A stretch of 64,000 nucleotides of DNA, from the IMG/VR virus record IMGVR_UViG_3300037541_000804, positions 32,001 to 96,000 of that record; one strand, 5' to 3'. The position numbers and the translations under genes are program-made. The notes beneath the pieces are model-generated. The model made no database searches. It was given only the letters and a program-made list of their open reading frames with translations, and was not told where the DNA came from. Below, in pieces: positions 38,243 through 47,723 of the stretch (the first letter of the stretch is position 1; each line of letters begins with the position of its first letter). This DNA comes from a virus.

Positions 38243-38944
38243 ATGACCCGCGATTGCTACCAAATCATCACAGACGAATCAGCCCTCAAGAATTTTATTG
38301 GGTGGTTGCCCGAACTTGGCCCGAATGAGAAATTTTATTTGGCACTTTTCGCTAGAAAAAAATATAATAACACTGTTCCGTGGATTAAAACAGATAAGGC
38401 TCAATTAAAAAGATTTCTGAGCGACAAACCTAGAATGCTCGATAAAATTAAGCAACTGGAAGTCCCTTTCGGCGCGTATAATTTTGACGGAAATCCAGCG
38501 CCACAAGATTCTCTGGCACTTTACATTACGCCGAATCCTCGCGATATGTGGAAGGCTGTCCCTCGCAGCATCAAGGTATTAGCCACAGTAATTGAATGCT
38601 CTGGCAAAAATTCTAACCCGCATCAGGAAGTAATGTCAGAAATCCACCGAACTTGCGGCCAAAAGGTGTTTATCGACTTTGACGTTGACTCCAAGGACTG
38701 CGAAATCGTTAAACAGGCCGTAAATCTTGTTGATGGCAAGTGCGAATTACTAGAAACTCGCGGCGGATACCATCTTTTGGTTCGCACGAAAGATGCAAAG
38801 GCGGGATTCTCTGAAAAGTTCTGGTATAAAAAACTAGTGGCTTTGGCAGATGTAAGCGCTGATCCAAATAGCGTAATCCCCGTAGTTGGATGCACGCAAG
38901 GAATGTTCACTCCAAAATTTGTTGATCCAAAAGATTTTTCTTGA
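38243..38944 (+). CDS. archaeo-eukaryotic primase (AEP)-superfamily-like protein
   Basis: FIDFDVD (DxD) and ETRGGYHLLV (motif II-like), plus a downstream acidic residue. Confidence 0.5.
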   Translation: MTRDCYQIITDESALKNFIGWLPELGPNEKFYLALFARKKYNNTVPWIKTDKAQLKRFLSDKPRMLDKIKQLEVPFGAYNFDGNPAPQDSLALYITPNPRDMWKAVPRSIKVLATVIECSGKNSNPHQEVMSEIHRTCGQKVFIDFDVDSKDCEIVKQAVNLVDGKCELLETRGGYHLLVRTKDAKAGFSEKFWYKKLVALADVSADPNSVIPVVGCTQGMFTPKFVDPKDFS

Positions 38945-38968
38945 CAGCGGCCCAATCTCCCTTATATT
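38941..38968 (+). promoter_or_regulatory. sigma70-like promoter (TTGACA-N16-TATATT)
   Basis: Both hexamers are visible upstream of 38988. Confidence 0.7.
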
Positions 38969-38987
38969 CCCACTACCCTAAAACACC

Positions 38988-39440
38988 ATGAACATCAGCA
39001 AAGCCCTAAAAGTAAAAAACCGCCTAATCGGCGAAGTCAACCGTCTCCAAGAACTCGTTAAGCGCGAAAACTCACGCCGAAACGACAACACTTCGACAGT
39101 TGATGTGGCAGAAACCGTTTCTCTTCTGGAAACTGCCCGCGAAAAACTCGTTTCTCTAAAGGGAGCGGTCAATGAAGCTTCCGCGCCAATTTCTAAAAAG
39201 TTGGCAGATTTGGCCGAAACAAAATCCCAAATCAACTTCTACAATTCCATCCCTTCAAGGGAGGGTGAAGAGCTTACCCTCATTGGCTCCAACCGAGAAA
39301 AGCTTTCCTATATGTGGACAGCCCATCTTAATCGGGAGAAGCTGGACGCAAAAGTGGTTGAGCTACAAGAGAAAACAAACGCCCTTCAAGACGAAATCGA
39401 CACCTTCAACGCTCAAACGCAGGTAAATTTCGCCGAATAA
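38988..39440 (+). CDS. DIP1984-like coiled-coil protein
   Basis: M.I.KAL..K..L...V..L...V..EN, then LK.A...A, and C-terminal LQDEID.FN.QT.V pattern in 150 aa. Confidence 0.55.
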   Translation: MNISKALKVKNRLIGEVNRLQELVKRENSRRNDNTSTVDVAETVSLLETAREKLVSLKGAVNEASAPISKKLADLAETKSQINFYNSIPSREGEELTLIGSNREKLSYMWTAHLNREKLDAKVVELQEKTNALQDEIDTFNAQTQVNFAE

Positions 39441-39448
39441 TTTGGCTA

Positions 39449-39660
39449 TAGGAGGGAGAAAGGCCGATATACTTCACTATCGCCTTCGATAAAGCGTGAA
39501 AGTCTTCGGCGATTTGTAAAGACTGACACGGCAAAATTGAAAAGCGTGGTTTGTAAGGTTTAAGACTAAACCCTTAAAAATAAAAACGTGGCTTCGGCAG
39601 AATCACCCCTCTAAATAACCCGCTCGCCTGTTGGAGAAATCCGCAGGCGGGCGCTCCTTT
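39449..39660 (+). ncRNA. structured RNA downstream of the DIP1984-like gene
   Basis: Consecutive hairpins, three AAA(G/A)CGTG copies, a C(UUCG)G loop and a terminal GC-rich hairpin. No ORF. Confidence 0.6.
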
Positions 39661-39668
39661 TCAAAAAT

Positions 39669-39836
39669 ATGAAAAAATACACCCTAACCCATAACCGCCA
39701 AACTTCAACCGTTCATGCGAACAGCGCCCTAGAAGCGTTAATTGATTATTCTCTGTTCCTAAAAAAGAACGGCCAAAACAAATTCCAATTAGAAGTAACA
39801 AAAGACGGCCAAAAGTTGGGCATTTGGGTTCGGTAG
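39669..39836 (+). CDS. small hypothetical protein (55 aa, below ORF-track cutoff)
   Basis: MKKYTLTHNRQ...GIWVR, translated by hand. Confidence 0.5.
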   Translation: MKKYTLTHNRQTSTVHANSALEALIDYSLFLKKNGQNKFQLEVTKDGQKLGIWVR

Positions 39837-39877
39837 CTATGAAATACCACCACATTAAATCCTTAGCAAGGAAACCT

Positions 39878-41905
39878 TCAAACCAACAGGGCGGCCTCGT
39901 AAGCGCTGATTTGGTGCTCTACAGAAGCCTCCAAAATCTCGGGCCTAACACTTAGTCCGCCGATTTTATTAGGGTCTTTCACACATTCAGCGGCCAAATT
40001 CTCCCAATCAGCTTGTTCAGTAGCGCAAACCACAGACTGCATTAAGCGTTCTGCCATCTGGCTTTGGAACTCGTTAAGCGATTCAACTTTATGTTTTTCT
40101 TTTATTTTGGCCGAAATAAAGGACAAGAGATTTTCCGTGGCATAGACGGTTGTTTTAATATCTTCGACGCTGGCGACAGCAGTTTTCGCTCCATTTGGTC
40201 TGCCAGACGGTTTCATGTTTTTCTTGCTGGTAGCCTTGGGTGGCGCTGTTTCCGCCGATTTTTGGTTGTCGATAGAGTATTTCGTATTGGTATCCAGCGG
40301 TGGAGAAACAACAGGCACGGGACTCAACGGCAACCAATGGCCCTTGCGTCGTTCCTTAACATACTCTTCTTGACGAGTCATGAAATCTTCGCCCTCTGGG
40401 TCTGGGAATTGGCCCGTGCGGATAGTTTCCAAGCCAGTCTTAACGTCTAGCAATCCTAGTTCCATCATACGAGTCACCACACGCCACATTTGAGTTGGGT
40501 CTTTGGCATCTGTAACCTTAAACGTCACCTTGGGCGGCGATTGCATGCCTAGATTTTTGGCAATACGATTAATCTCGGGCTGGAGGAAATCGTTTAGGAA
40601 AGTGTTTCGTGCCTCGCGCAATTTCTCAAGAAATACTTGGACTTTTGTTTGCGTGTTGCCATACTTTTCTTCACCAATAATAACGTTTTGTAAACCCTCG
40701 GCAATATCACGATTCAGAGTCTCGTATTTGGCTGGCCCAAGAACTTTTTGCAAGTCAGGGATAATAAATTCAGCTTTTGTGGTCCAATCGCTAACCAACG
40801 TGCGGCCAACGCTCTCGTTTTTAAACAAATTTTGCATCGCCGTTAAATTGGCAGGGTTAATCCCGCCGTCTTCTGGTTTTGCGCCCATTGTAATTAGGAG
40901 AATCATATTTTCCGCCGTTCGGAGAACTGCTTGGTCCATTTTTTTCATCTCTAGTTTGGCGTTAATATCGTCTAGGACACGATAGCCGAATGGAATGGCA
41001 AACGGTTCGTAAGACTGGCGCTTATAAAAGCTAGAAACTAGGCAAGTTGGGTCTAGTTTAATGCGAATGCCGTTACTTTGCCAAGTTTTCTTAGCGAGAG
41101 CATCTTTTGCTTCTTTTGGCAGGCTTTCAGCGATTTTTTTGTCGTCTTCGTTTTGGGGATTCGCTAGTCGCAGAAGGTCATACTTGGAAAGGATAAGCTC
41201 GTATTGGTCATTGCCGAATGTGGTTGAGGCTTTAGCTACAATATTGAATGGATTAAGAAAGATATACTTAAGCGGCACAACATTTTTGCCGCCTAAAGAA
41301 TCTTCGGCCCCATAGACTTGGATTAGCTTGCGATAATCACTTTCATCAAAGGTTCCGTCCACGCGATAAATGAAAACATTACCCGAACGATAATATTCGC
41401 GGAAATATTCGTCGCAAACTTTCCAGATTTTGATTTTTTTCAGCCAAGCGTCGAAGAATTTTTTAGCTTTTTTAGTTCCAGCCTCAAAATAGAGTTCCGT
41501 ATTGGCAAACTCGCTCATTAGGTCAATAGCGTTAGCAAAAACAGCCACATTAGCGTATGCTTTTTGGCAGAGTTCAATAGCGTCACGAACGTCAACACAA
41601 TCGCTTGTGGGTGAATAGGCGTATGGGAGCATTCCCGCCCGAATAGCGGCGAATCTATCGGGAACGCCTACTAAAGCGGCGGAATTAATTCGGCGACCTG
41701 TGCTTGCGCCAGAATCGGGCGAGCTTCGGCCCGCAATAGCAGCTTTGGCCACATTGGTTAGAAGCGTGGAAGACGAAGTGTAGAATGGATCGCCAGCGGT
41801 TTGGGGTTCCCAAGAGGCGACGGCTAAGTTTTGAATTGGGGCGGGTTCTGGTTGGGAGAGTTGGTTCCAGTAGTCGGCTTTGTGCTTGGTGTATTTTCGC
41901 GGCAT
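39878..41905 (-). CDS. portal protein
   Basis: AIDLMSEF, EYYRSGNVFIY, YEPFAIP; lies between terminase and protease; late motif at 41914-41920. Confidence 0.85.
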   Translation of the reverse strand: MPRKYTKHKADYWNQLSQPEPAPIQNLAVASWEPQTAGDPFYTSSSTLLTNVAKAAIAGRSSPDSGASTGRRINSAALVGVPDRFAAIRAGMLPYAYSPTSDCVDVRDAIELCQKAYANVAVFANAIDLMSEFANTELYFEAGTKKAKKFFDAWLKKIKIWKVCDEYFREYYRSGNVFIYRVDGTFDESDYRKLIQVYGAEDSLGGKNVVPLKYIFLNPFNIVAKASTTFGNDQYELILSKYDLLRLANPQNEDDKKIAESLPKEAKDALAKKTWQSNGIRIKLDPTCLVSSFYKRQSYEPFAIPFGYRVLDDINAKLEMKKMDQAVLRTAENMILLITMGAKPEDGGINPANLTAMQNLFKNESVGRTLVSDWTTKAEFIIPDLQKVLGPAKYETLNRDIAEGLQNVIIGEEKYGNTQTKVQVFLEKLREARNTFLNDFLQPEINRIAKNLGMQSPPKVTFKVTDAKDPTQMWRVVTRMMELGLLDVKTGLETIRTGQFPDPEGEDFMTRQEEYVKERRKGHWLPLSPVPVVSPPLDTNTKYSIDNQKSAETAPPKATSKKNMKPSGRPNGAKTAVASVEDIKTTVYATENLLSFISAKIKEKHKVESLNEFQSQMAERLMQSVVCATEQADWENLAAECVKDPNKIGGLSVRPEILEASVEHQISAYEAALLV

Positions 41906-41962
41906 ATAAAAAGATTACACGCGGGCGCGGAAAGTTGGGAAAGTAACTTTGAAAGTCACAAT

Positions 41963-42712
41963 TTAACTATCGGAATTACATTTTGATGGTTCGACATATT
42001 CCCATTTAAAGCCATTTGAAGATTTTCTTTTCCCAGTTAACGCTCTAGATATGTGTTTCGCTGGAACATTCAAAAATTTAGCGGCCTCGAAAACAGAATT
42101 CCACTCATTAATAATCTCGTTTGTTATTTTATCTAACTGTCTTATTTTTTTTCTCTTAGATAGCATTGTTTTCCCCATATTTCCCAAAGATATATTTCGC
42201 CGATGTTCCTCTTTAAATTTTTTGCCGAAAAACCAATGTTTTGAGCCAGAACGTCCATCGCTTAACTTTTGTTTGGTTTCTTGACTTAAATGCTTGCCAA
42301 ATGTGTGTGACTTTTCTCCTAAATGAGCGATTCTTTGTTTTTCTTTAGTTTCCGCGCTTGCCTTACACCCCGTCCTATCAATTCCATATTCACATATATT
42401 GTATCCATATTTTGGGGTAGTTGCTTGGTAAAACTTAATCCAAAAAGATTCTCGATTAAGCAGGTATTTATTAAAACTTCTATCTTTTGTGGGGTATAGC
42501 TCCATTATTTCGCATTTGAAATTTTCAAAGCCATGTTTTATCATAGCTCTAATGAGGAATCTTTTTTTCACGGAAGATAATTCCCATTTATACAAGGGAA
42601 GCCTCTTTGATAAATTCAATGATTTGCCAATATAAATTTTTCCATTAATTAAATTGGTTATCCTATAAATTCCAGCCAAAGCTGGAATTGGGTTATTGTC
42701 ATTAATTACCAT
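41963..42712 (-). CDS. free-standing GIY-YIG homing endonuclease with NUMOD3/NUMOD1 domains
   Basis: GIYRITNLINGKIYIGKS, RESFWI, GYN, SxETKxK repeats and a C-terminal S..EAAKFL...GFKW. Confidence 0.9.
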   Translation of the reverse strand: MVINDNNPIPALAGIYRITNLINGKIYIGKSLNLSKRLPLYKWELSSVKKRFLIRAMIKHGFENFKCEIMELYPTKDRSFNKYLLNRESFWIKFYQATTPKYGYNICEYGIDRTGCKASAETKEKQRIAHLGEKSHTFGKHLSQETKQKLSDGRSGSKHWFFGKKFKEEHRRNISLGNMGKTMLSKRKKIRQLDKITNEIINEWNSVFEAAKFLNVPAKHISRALTGKRKSSNGFKWEYVEPSKCNSDS

Positions 42713-44565
42713 TATACAAAAAATGGAGTAAAAGTTTTTTGAACCTCTTCAACGGGTAGATTCCCCATGTCCCTGAATATCGAAACTCCCCAATTCCCCA
42801 ACATTAGGGCTGTAAAACTGTCTCGGCGAGCTTTATTTGGCCCACGCTGCCGTTTTAAATTCGGCGGAAGATCAAAAGACTGTGTTCCTTGCGCTGTAGA
42901 AGTCACTTCAATAAGAGCACACTGGGTTTTGGTCATTTCAATATTATCTTTCAGGTTTTCCACAAAATCTACAACATTTGGTTTTGTCGTAGCATTATCC
43001 CTAAGAAATTTTAGAGAATCAACTGGCACGGGCAGCTTAATTTGCCGCTCGAATTCCTCATCTGTCGCCGAGCTAGCGAACCAGATTTTTTTGTGGTCAA
43101 TTGCAGACTGTAGTAATTCATTGCCTTGACGAATAAAGTTACTGGACGGTTTTCTCTGTATGCAAATGCGACCTTCGCTAGCGTTATAAAGGTTACGGAT
43201 ATTTTGAATATCTTCGTGGTATTTAGTGGCATCTTCCACGTCAACGTCGATTGTTTTAATTTCCAGCTTGTCAGATTTAAAGATTTCGCTCTCATTTGCG
43301 GCGCTTAAAAACTGAACCCCACCAGCAAAGTCGAAAACAATAAACTTAATATTAAAATTCTTGAGCAAGAAATGGAAGTATTTGATATGATCCTTCATTG
43401 CTGTTCCTGGAAGGGCGTAAGAATGGACAAGGACACCAATACCAGTCTCCTTAAAGTATTTAATTACCTGAAACACAAAGTCATCAGACCCTTCTGATTC
43501 AGACCATGAAATATCGCCACTTAGAATATACTCCGCGTCTTTTTCGCCAATAGCCTCTACGCATTGACCTTCGCCATCCGCATAAGTACATTCCTTCATT
43601 TTGGACATTTTAAAGAATCCAGAGCTATCGTCCGTGAACCGCGATAAAAATTCTCTTCCAAATTGGGCTTCGCTCATTTGTGCCTTAGCGCTTGCGATCA
43701 ACGATTGGTCATAAAGCTCTTCTGGTAAACACTCATATGAGATGTGGAATACTCCGTATTTAGCATTATCTTTTCTCTTATCGTCAAAGATGGCTTTGTC
43801 ATACTCGTCATACATTGTTTTCAGATACTCAAAAGAGTAAGATGCAGAAGATAGCCCAATCATCTTATTACTTCCCCATTGGTAACGGTCTTCTTCCGTC
43901 ATCTTACCTTGAGAAATCAACTCTGTTTCGGCCTCTCTTACCTTTTTTCTATCTGTGACATCAGTGTTTGTGGATAGGAACGGGCGAATAACTTCATTGA
44001 TCAAACGAGGCGAAAGAAGCAAAAGCTCATCAATAACCATCACTTTGAAACGATAACCACGAAGCTTTCCGCCGTCGCCCGTAGGAAGGCACACCAACTG
44101 ACTGCGACCAATTCTGATAACCCATTCGTCATTCTTTAGGGAAATATCTTTATCACCAATGATTTGCTTTAGAAACTTTGCCTTTGGATCAAGTCTTAAA
44201 TCCAAGATTTTCTGCATCAATAGTCGAGCCTGACGGAAAGAGTTAGCGATGATTCCAATTTTAATTCCCTGATTTAATGACGCATAAAGAATAAGAAAAA
44301 TAGCGCAAATAAAGGACTTTCCCGACCCGCGACTACATATAGCGAGAAAGTAATCAACGTTGAACATCGCTTTTACCATCATGCTTTGGAACTCAAGAAG
44401 TTCTACTCCAGTAAGTATCTTAGACAGGAAAGTGAGATTCTCTCGAAAGAACTTTTCAAGCCATAGTTTCGCGTCCTTCTCCTCTAAAAACCCCTCCACT
44501 TTAGCAAGGTCTTCGTTAGTGTACTCTTTCTTCTTAATCGGCTGAACGCCAGCTTGCCATGCCAT
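42712..44565 (-). CDS. terL: terminase large subunit
   Basis: Walker A SRGSGKS, LRGYRFKVMVIDE Walker B, SSA motif III, and RNase H-like acidic residues. Confidence 0.92.
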   Translation of the reverse strand: MAWQAGVQPIKKKEYTNEDLAKVEGFLEEKDAKLWLEKFFRENLTFLSKILTGVELLEFQSMMVKAMFNVDYFLAICSRGSGKSFICAIFLILYASLNQGIKIGIIANSFRQARLLMQKILDLRLDPKAKFLKQIIGDKDISLKNDEWVIRIGRSQLVCLPTGDGGKLRGYRFKVMVIDELLLLSPRLINEVIRPFLSTNTDVTDRKKVREAETELISQGKMTEEDRYQWGSNKMIGLSSASYSFEYLKTMYDEYDKAIFDDKRKDNAKYGVFHISYECLPEELYDQSLIASAKAQMSEAQFGREFLSRFTDDSSGFFKMSKMKECTYADGEGQCVEAIGEKDAEYILSGDISWSESEGSDDFVFQVIKYFKETGIGVLVHSYALPGTAMKDHIKYFHFLLKNFNIKFIVFDFAGGVQFLSAANESEIFKSDKLEIKTIDVDVEDATKYHEDIQNIRNLYNASEGRICIQRKPSSNFIRQGNELLQSAIDHKKIWFASSATDEEFERQIKLPVPVDSLKFLRDNATTKPNVVDFVENLKDNIEMTKTQCALIEVTSTAQGTQSFDLPPNLKRQRGPNKARRDSFTALMLGNWGVSIFRDMGNLPVEEVQKTFTPFFV

Positions 44566-45476
44566 TAGCTTTGTCCTCCTAAAAAGTATTGCATATCGAC
44601 TCCATAAAGTTTATTTCCCAAACATAGTAGCTTAGGAATGATTAGTTGACTATTCTCTCTACTGCCAGAAAACACGAATTGTAAATGGCCGCGAAATTCT
44701 TCGACCAAAGTTCGCATATTGTGGCCAATAAAAGATAGGTTGAATTTGTGATGAGAGGTTCGCTTGAGGTCAAAAACCTTGCCCATTGGGCATTCTATAA
44801 CTACCCATAGGTAACAATCTTGGGTTTTCGCCCGATTAATTTCGCGCCGAAATCTTTCTAAGTTGTCGCCAACTAAGGTTTGACACCAATCCTCAAATGA
44901 TTTACGATCAACAGCGGTATTTGTGTAATCCGCCCCAATAGTAGAGTAATCTCCTACGTCAAGTTTATGGCATTCGCTATTCGCGAATTGCAATTTTTTT
45001 TGCTCTCGCGAATCAATCAGAATCTTCCTCTTGGAAAAGTCGTTAGACCATTCGGTGGGGAGTTTATCTTTGAACGGAGGAATTAAATTGGCCAATTCGC
45101 AGGCTTTTGAGTATGATCCAAACAATCGCTTGTATTCTTTGATCGGCGGAAGGTCGGCGAAAAATAGCTCAACCTCTGACGGCGCGAATGTGAGTTTTTT
45201 ATCTTCGGCCCTCTTCTTTAACATGTCTAAAGCTAAATCCTTAGCTTCGTTTTCTGGAGACACGTTCAGCCATTCCATCATATTCTCGCGCTGGGAGAAG
45301 TGTGTGGAAAAGTATTCATCCTTTTGTTTAAACTGAATAGCCTGCCGCGTCAACAGGTCTTTTCTCGGGAAAAATTCGCAATAATAATCGGCCACGGTCA
45401 TCCCATGCGCTTTAAAGTGCGCGTGAAGGCTTCTTTCGCTTGGAAACGTAGTCCCACATTTTTTACACGGAAACAT
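44565..45476 (-). CDS. C2H2 zinc finger fused to ERCC4/XPF-type nuclease
   Basis: CKKC-x12-H-x3-H, plus IDSREQ, LDVGDY and DRKSFED. Confidence 0.75.
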   Translation of the reverse strand: MFPCKKCGTTFPSERSLHAHFKAHGMTVADYYCEFFPRKDLLTRQAIQFKQKDEYFSTHFSQRENMMEWLNVSPENEAKDLALDMLKKRAEDKKLTFAPSEVELFFADLPPIKEYKRLFGSYSKACELANLIPPFKDKLPTEWSNDFSKRKILIDSREQKKLQFANSECHKLDVGDYSTIGADYTNTAVDRKSFEDWCQTLVGDNLERFRREINRAKTQDCYLWVVIECPMGKVFDLKRTSHHKFNLSFIGHNMRTLVEEFRGHLQFVFSGSRENSQLIIPKLLCLGNKLYGVDMQYFLGGQS

Positions 45477-46555
45477 TAGAGAACCTCCTCTTTAGCTACC
45501 CCGAAGATTCGGCAAACAAAGTCATCCATGTTTTCCAGCCTGTTAGCTTCCTCAGAAATCGCCGCTCTTTGAAGTTCGGCCAACCTAAGCATATTTTTTC
45601 GTTCCTGCTCTTCTTGGGCAAGTTGAACTATGCTCACAAAACTCGTTTCATCTTTGGCCAAATTCTTCAATCTATCAGACCTGTCACCTTGCAATTTCTT
45701 AATCGTATCCGACACGCGCTTTTGGTTTTGCTGGTACTCCGAGGTTTTAGCTCCGAGCATTTCAGAAAACTTGACGGAAAACTCCGTAGGATCGTCCCCC
45801 ATTTGAGAAAACATTTCATTGAGCGTACTTATGTGGCTCGTCAAAACTTCCCCGTTCACAATATCCTTGCAAACGTTCATATAAAGATTCAACTCGTCCG
45901 CAGTCAAATCAGGCTTGTCCCACGTCAAACGCACAAACTCTTCCACAAACAAGTCTCTATCCTTATGATTTAAATACGAATCACAAATACGAATAAACCT
46001 CATCGACCCCATGTTGCACTTCAACTTTTCAACATAAGCCTTGTACTTGCCCGAAATCTTTTCAGGGTCAAGGTTTACACCAACAGAAGAGTTAATGTAA
46101 TTAACCACACGACTCAATTCTTTCGGCGCATAATATTTTGTGGCTGTAGGAGTTGATTGATCGGGCCGATAATCTGGATTAATCTCTTGCACACAAGCAT
46201 AAACCGCCCGCCATTCACGGCTCAACTTCTTTATTTCGGCCCCAAAAATCTCTTGGGCCATCTGGATAGTCGTCTTATCTTCGGCCATCCATAATTCAAT
46301 CTGGCGCTTGTTTTCGTCTGTGAGCGTAATAACATCCTCGCGCACGGGATTATGCTTTGTCTTGTAACGGAAACCTTTCTCAGCCATAAACTTTCGCACA
46401 GCAATACCTTCAATATCGCGGCCATCTTTTTTGTCGTTGCCAGTGACGAGTTTAGTCAAAAGATTAACATCAGTTACCCCTTTGCCAAAGTTGTCAGTGA
46501 TTAGCTGCTTTTGGTTATCATCTAAGGGGTATTCTTTTTTCTTGGGGGTTGCCAT
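45476..46555 (-). CDS. helical protein of the packaging operon (terminase small subunit candidate)
   Basis: Upstream of terL with a coiled-coil C-terminus. Function inferred from position only. Confidence 0.4.
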   Translation of the reverse strand: MATPKKKEYPLDDNQKQLITDNFGKGVTDVNLLTKLVTGNDKKDGRDIEGIAVRKFMAEKGFRYKTKHNPVREDVITLTDENKRQIELWMAEDKTTIQMAQEIFGAEIKKLSREWRAVYACVQEINPDYRPDQSTPTATKYYAPKELSRVVNYINSSVGVNLDPEKISGKYKAYVEKLKCNMGSMRFIRICDSYLNHKDRDLFVEEFVRLTWDKPDLTADELNLYMNVCKDIVNGEVLTSHISTLNEMFSQMGDDPTEFSVKFSEMLGAKTSEYQQNQKRVSDTIKKLQGDRSDRLKNLAKDETSFVSIVQLAQEEQERKNMLRLAELQRAAISEEANRLENMDDFVCRIFGVAKEEVL

Positions 46556-46556
46556 G

Positions 46557-46703
46557 TTATTTTTCAATCCATAAGAGAATTGGCTCTTTAGTATTAGGGC
46601 AAATTGCCCAATGTGTATATTTGGGAGGCGGCGTTTTAAATTCTAAAAATTCTACCGTATGATCCAACTGACACCTAGCGCAGCACTTAATTGTAATATT
46701 CAT
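46557..46703 (-). CDS. small Cys/His protein (48 aa)
   Basis: MNITIKCCARCQLDH...HWAICP, with an ATGA overlap with the sigma stop. Confidence 0.5.
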   Translation of the reverse strand: MNITIKCCARCQLDHTVEFLEFKTPPPKYTHWAICPNTKEPILLWIEK

Positions 46704-47377
46704 GGCCAATACTCGGCTATATCACTTTCCGCGATGATTCGTTTCGCTTCTTTGGACAAACTATCCCTATGAGCGGCCAAAATCTTCTTTTGCCCGCCCT
46801 TGTTTCTGCCGCGAAGTCTCAAAACCAGAGCGGCCTCGTCTTCTGGAATGTTGCCGATAAATAAAATCTTAAACGCCTCAAACCGCTTAGGCATCATGTG
46901 TTTTTCCAACTCAACCAAGACGCGGCGCATTGTTTCCTCGAAATTAATTGAGTCGTCTATTTTATTGTTCACCTCTTGTGAATGATGTTCTAGCTCAAGA
47001 GGCATTTTAGCATGGTAGCCATACTTCTTTGTCTTGCTCCACTTTTCGTAGAGGGGGCATTCCTCGCATTGGAGATTGCTAGGAGTTTCGGCGCAACCCT
47101 CTTCTCCAACTGCTGACTTACATTGCACGCATGGGCGAGCGTGACTCGTGTAAAGGTTGCGGAATTGGTTGTAAATCTGATTGCTGGCAATGCGTTGAAC
47201 CCATGGAGCTAGTTTGCGCGTTTGATCCCAGAGATGCCACTTTTTAGCAATGTGGGCGCGAATAATTTGGGCTATATCCTCCCAATCAATCCAACGAAGA
47301 ATACCCAGAGTCCACTTTCGGCGGCGCTTGTTTAGTTCTTTTTCAATCTGATCTGAGCAATCTTCGTAGGTTAGCAT
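46700..47377 (-). CDS. phage sigma70/ECF-like sigma factor with Cys-rich insertion
   Basis: Region-2-like DWEDIAQ...WVQRIASNQIYNQFR, an inserted CxxC...C...CxxC, and a region-4-like C-terminus. Confidence 0.7.
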   Translation of the reverse strand: MLTYEDCSDQIEKELNKRRRKWTLGILRWIDWEDIAQIIRAHIAKKWHLWDQTRKLAPWVQRIASNQIYNQFRNLYTSHARPCVQCKSAVGEEGCAETPSNLQCEECPLYEKWSKTKKYGYHAKMPLELEHHSQEVNNKIDDSINFEETMRRVLVELEKHMMPKRFEAFKILFIGNIPEDEAALVLRLRGRNKGGQKKILAAHRDSLSKEAKRIIAESDIAEYWP

Positions 47378-47682
47378 TATAGTTTGCGGGGTTTGAATCT
47401 TTTGGCGACTGTCCCGCCGTTTTCAGAGAAAGAGAACGAGTTGAGTGTTTGAACGTATTTTTCGTCGTCGTCGGCTCCAGAAATACTAACTTGAAGACCG
47501 TCTAGTTCTGGAACGACAAATACATTGGAGCCATCTTCACTGTCGTCATCAAGTTGATGAGCAACCTTTGAGGCTTTGGTGGTTGTGGTTAGCGTGTTTA
47601 ACGATTGGCCGCAACTTGTGCAAAAGTTAGAAGTTGCAGTGGGAGCTTTCGTCCCACAGGAAGGGCAGTATTTTGGCGTCAT
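47377..47682 (-). CDS. zinc-ribbon protein
   Basis: YCPSCG...FCTSCG; late motif at 47701-47707. Confidence 0.7.
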   Translation of the reverse strand: MTPKYCPSCGTKAPTATSNFCTSCGQSLNTLTTTTKASKVAHQLDDDSEDGSNVFVVPELDGLQVSISGADDDEKYVQTLNSFSFSENGGTVAKRFKPRKL

Positions 47683-47723
47683 GTTTAATATTAACGGCCA
47701 ATTACACTAATTAGTGGTAATTA

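Noticed and set aside
13133-45973. Numerous 60-180 aa antisense or alternate-frame ORFs in the track (e.g. 13133-13663, 34712-35155, 40503-40985, 39661-39855)
   Set aside because: They are shadow ORFs overlapping well-supported genes and have no recognisable motifs.
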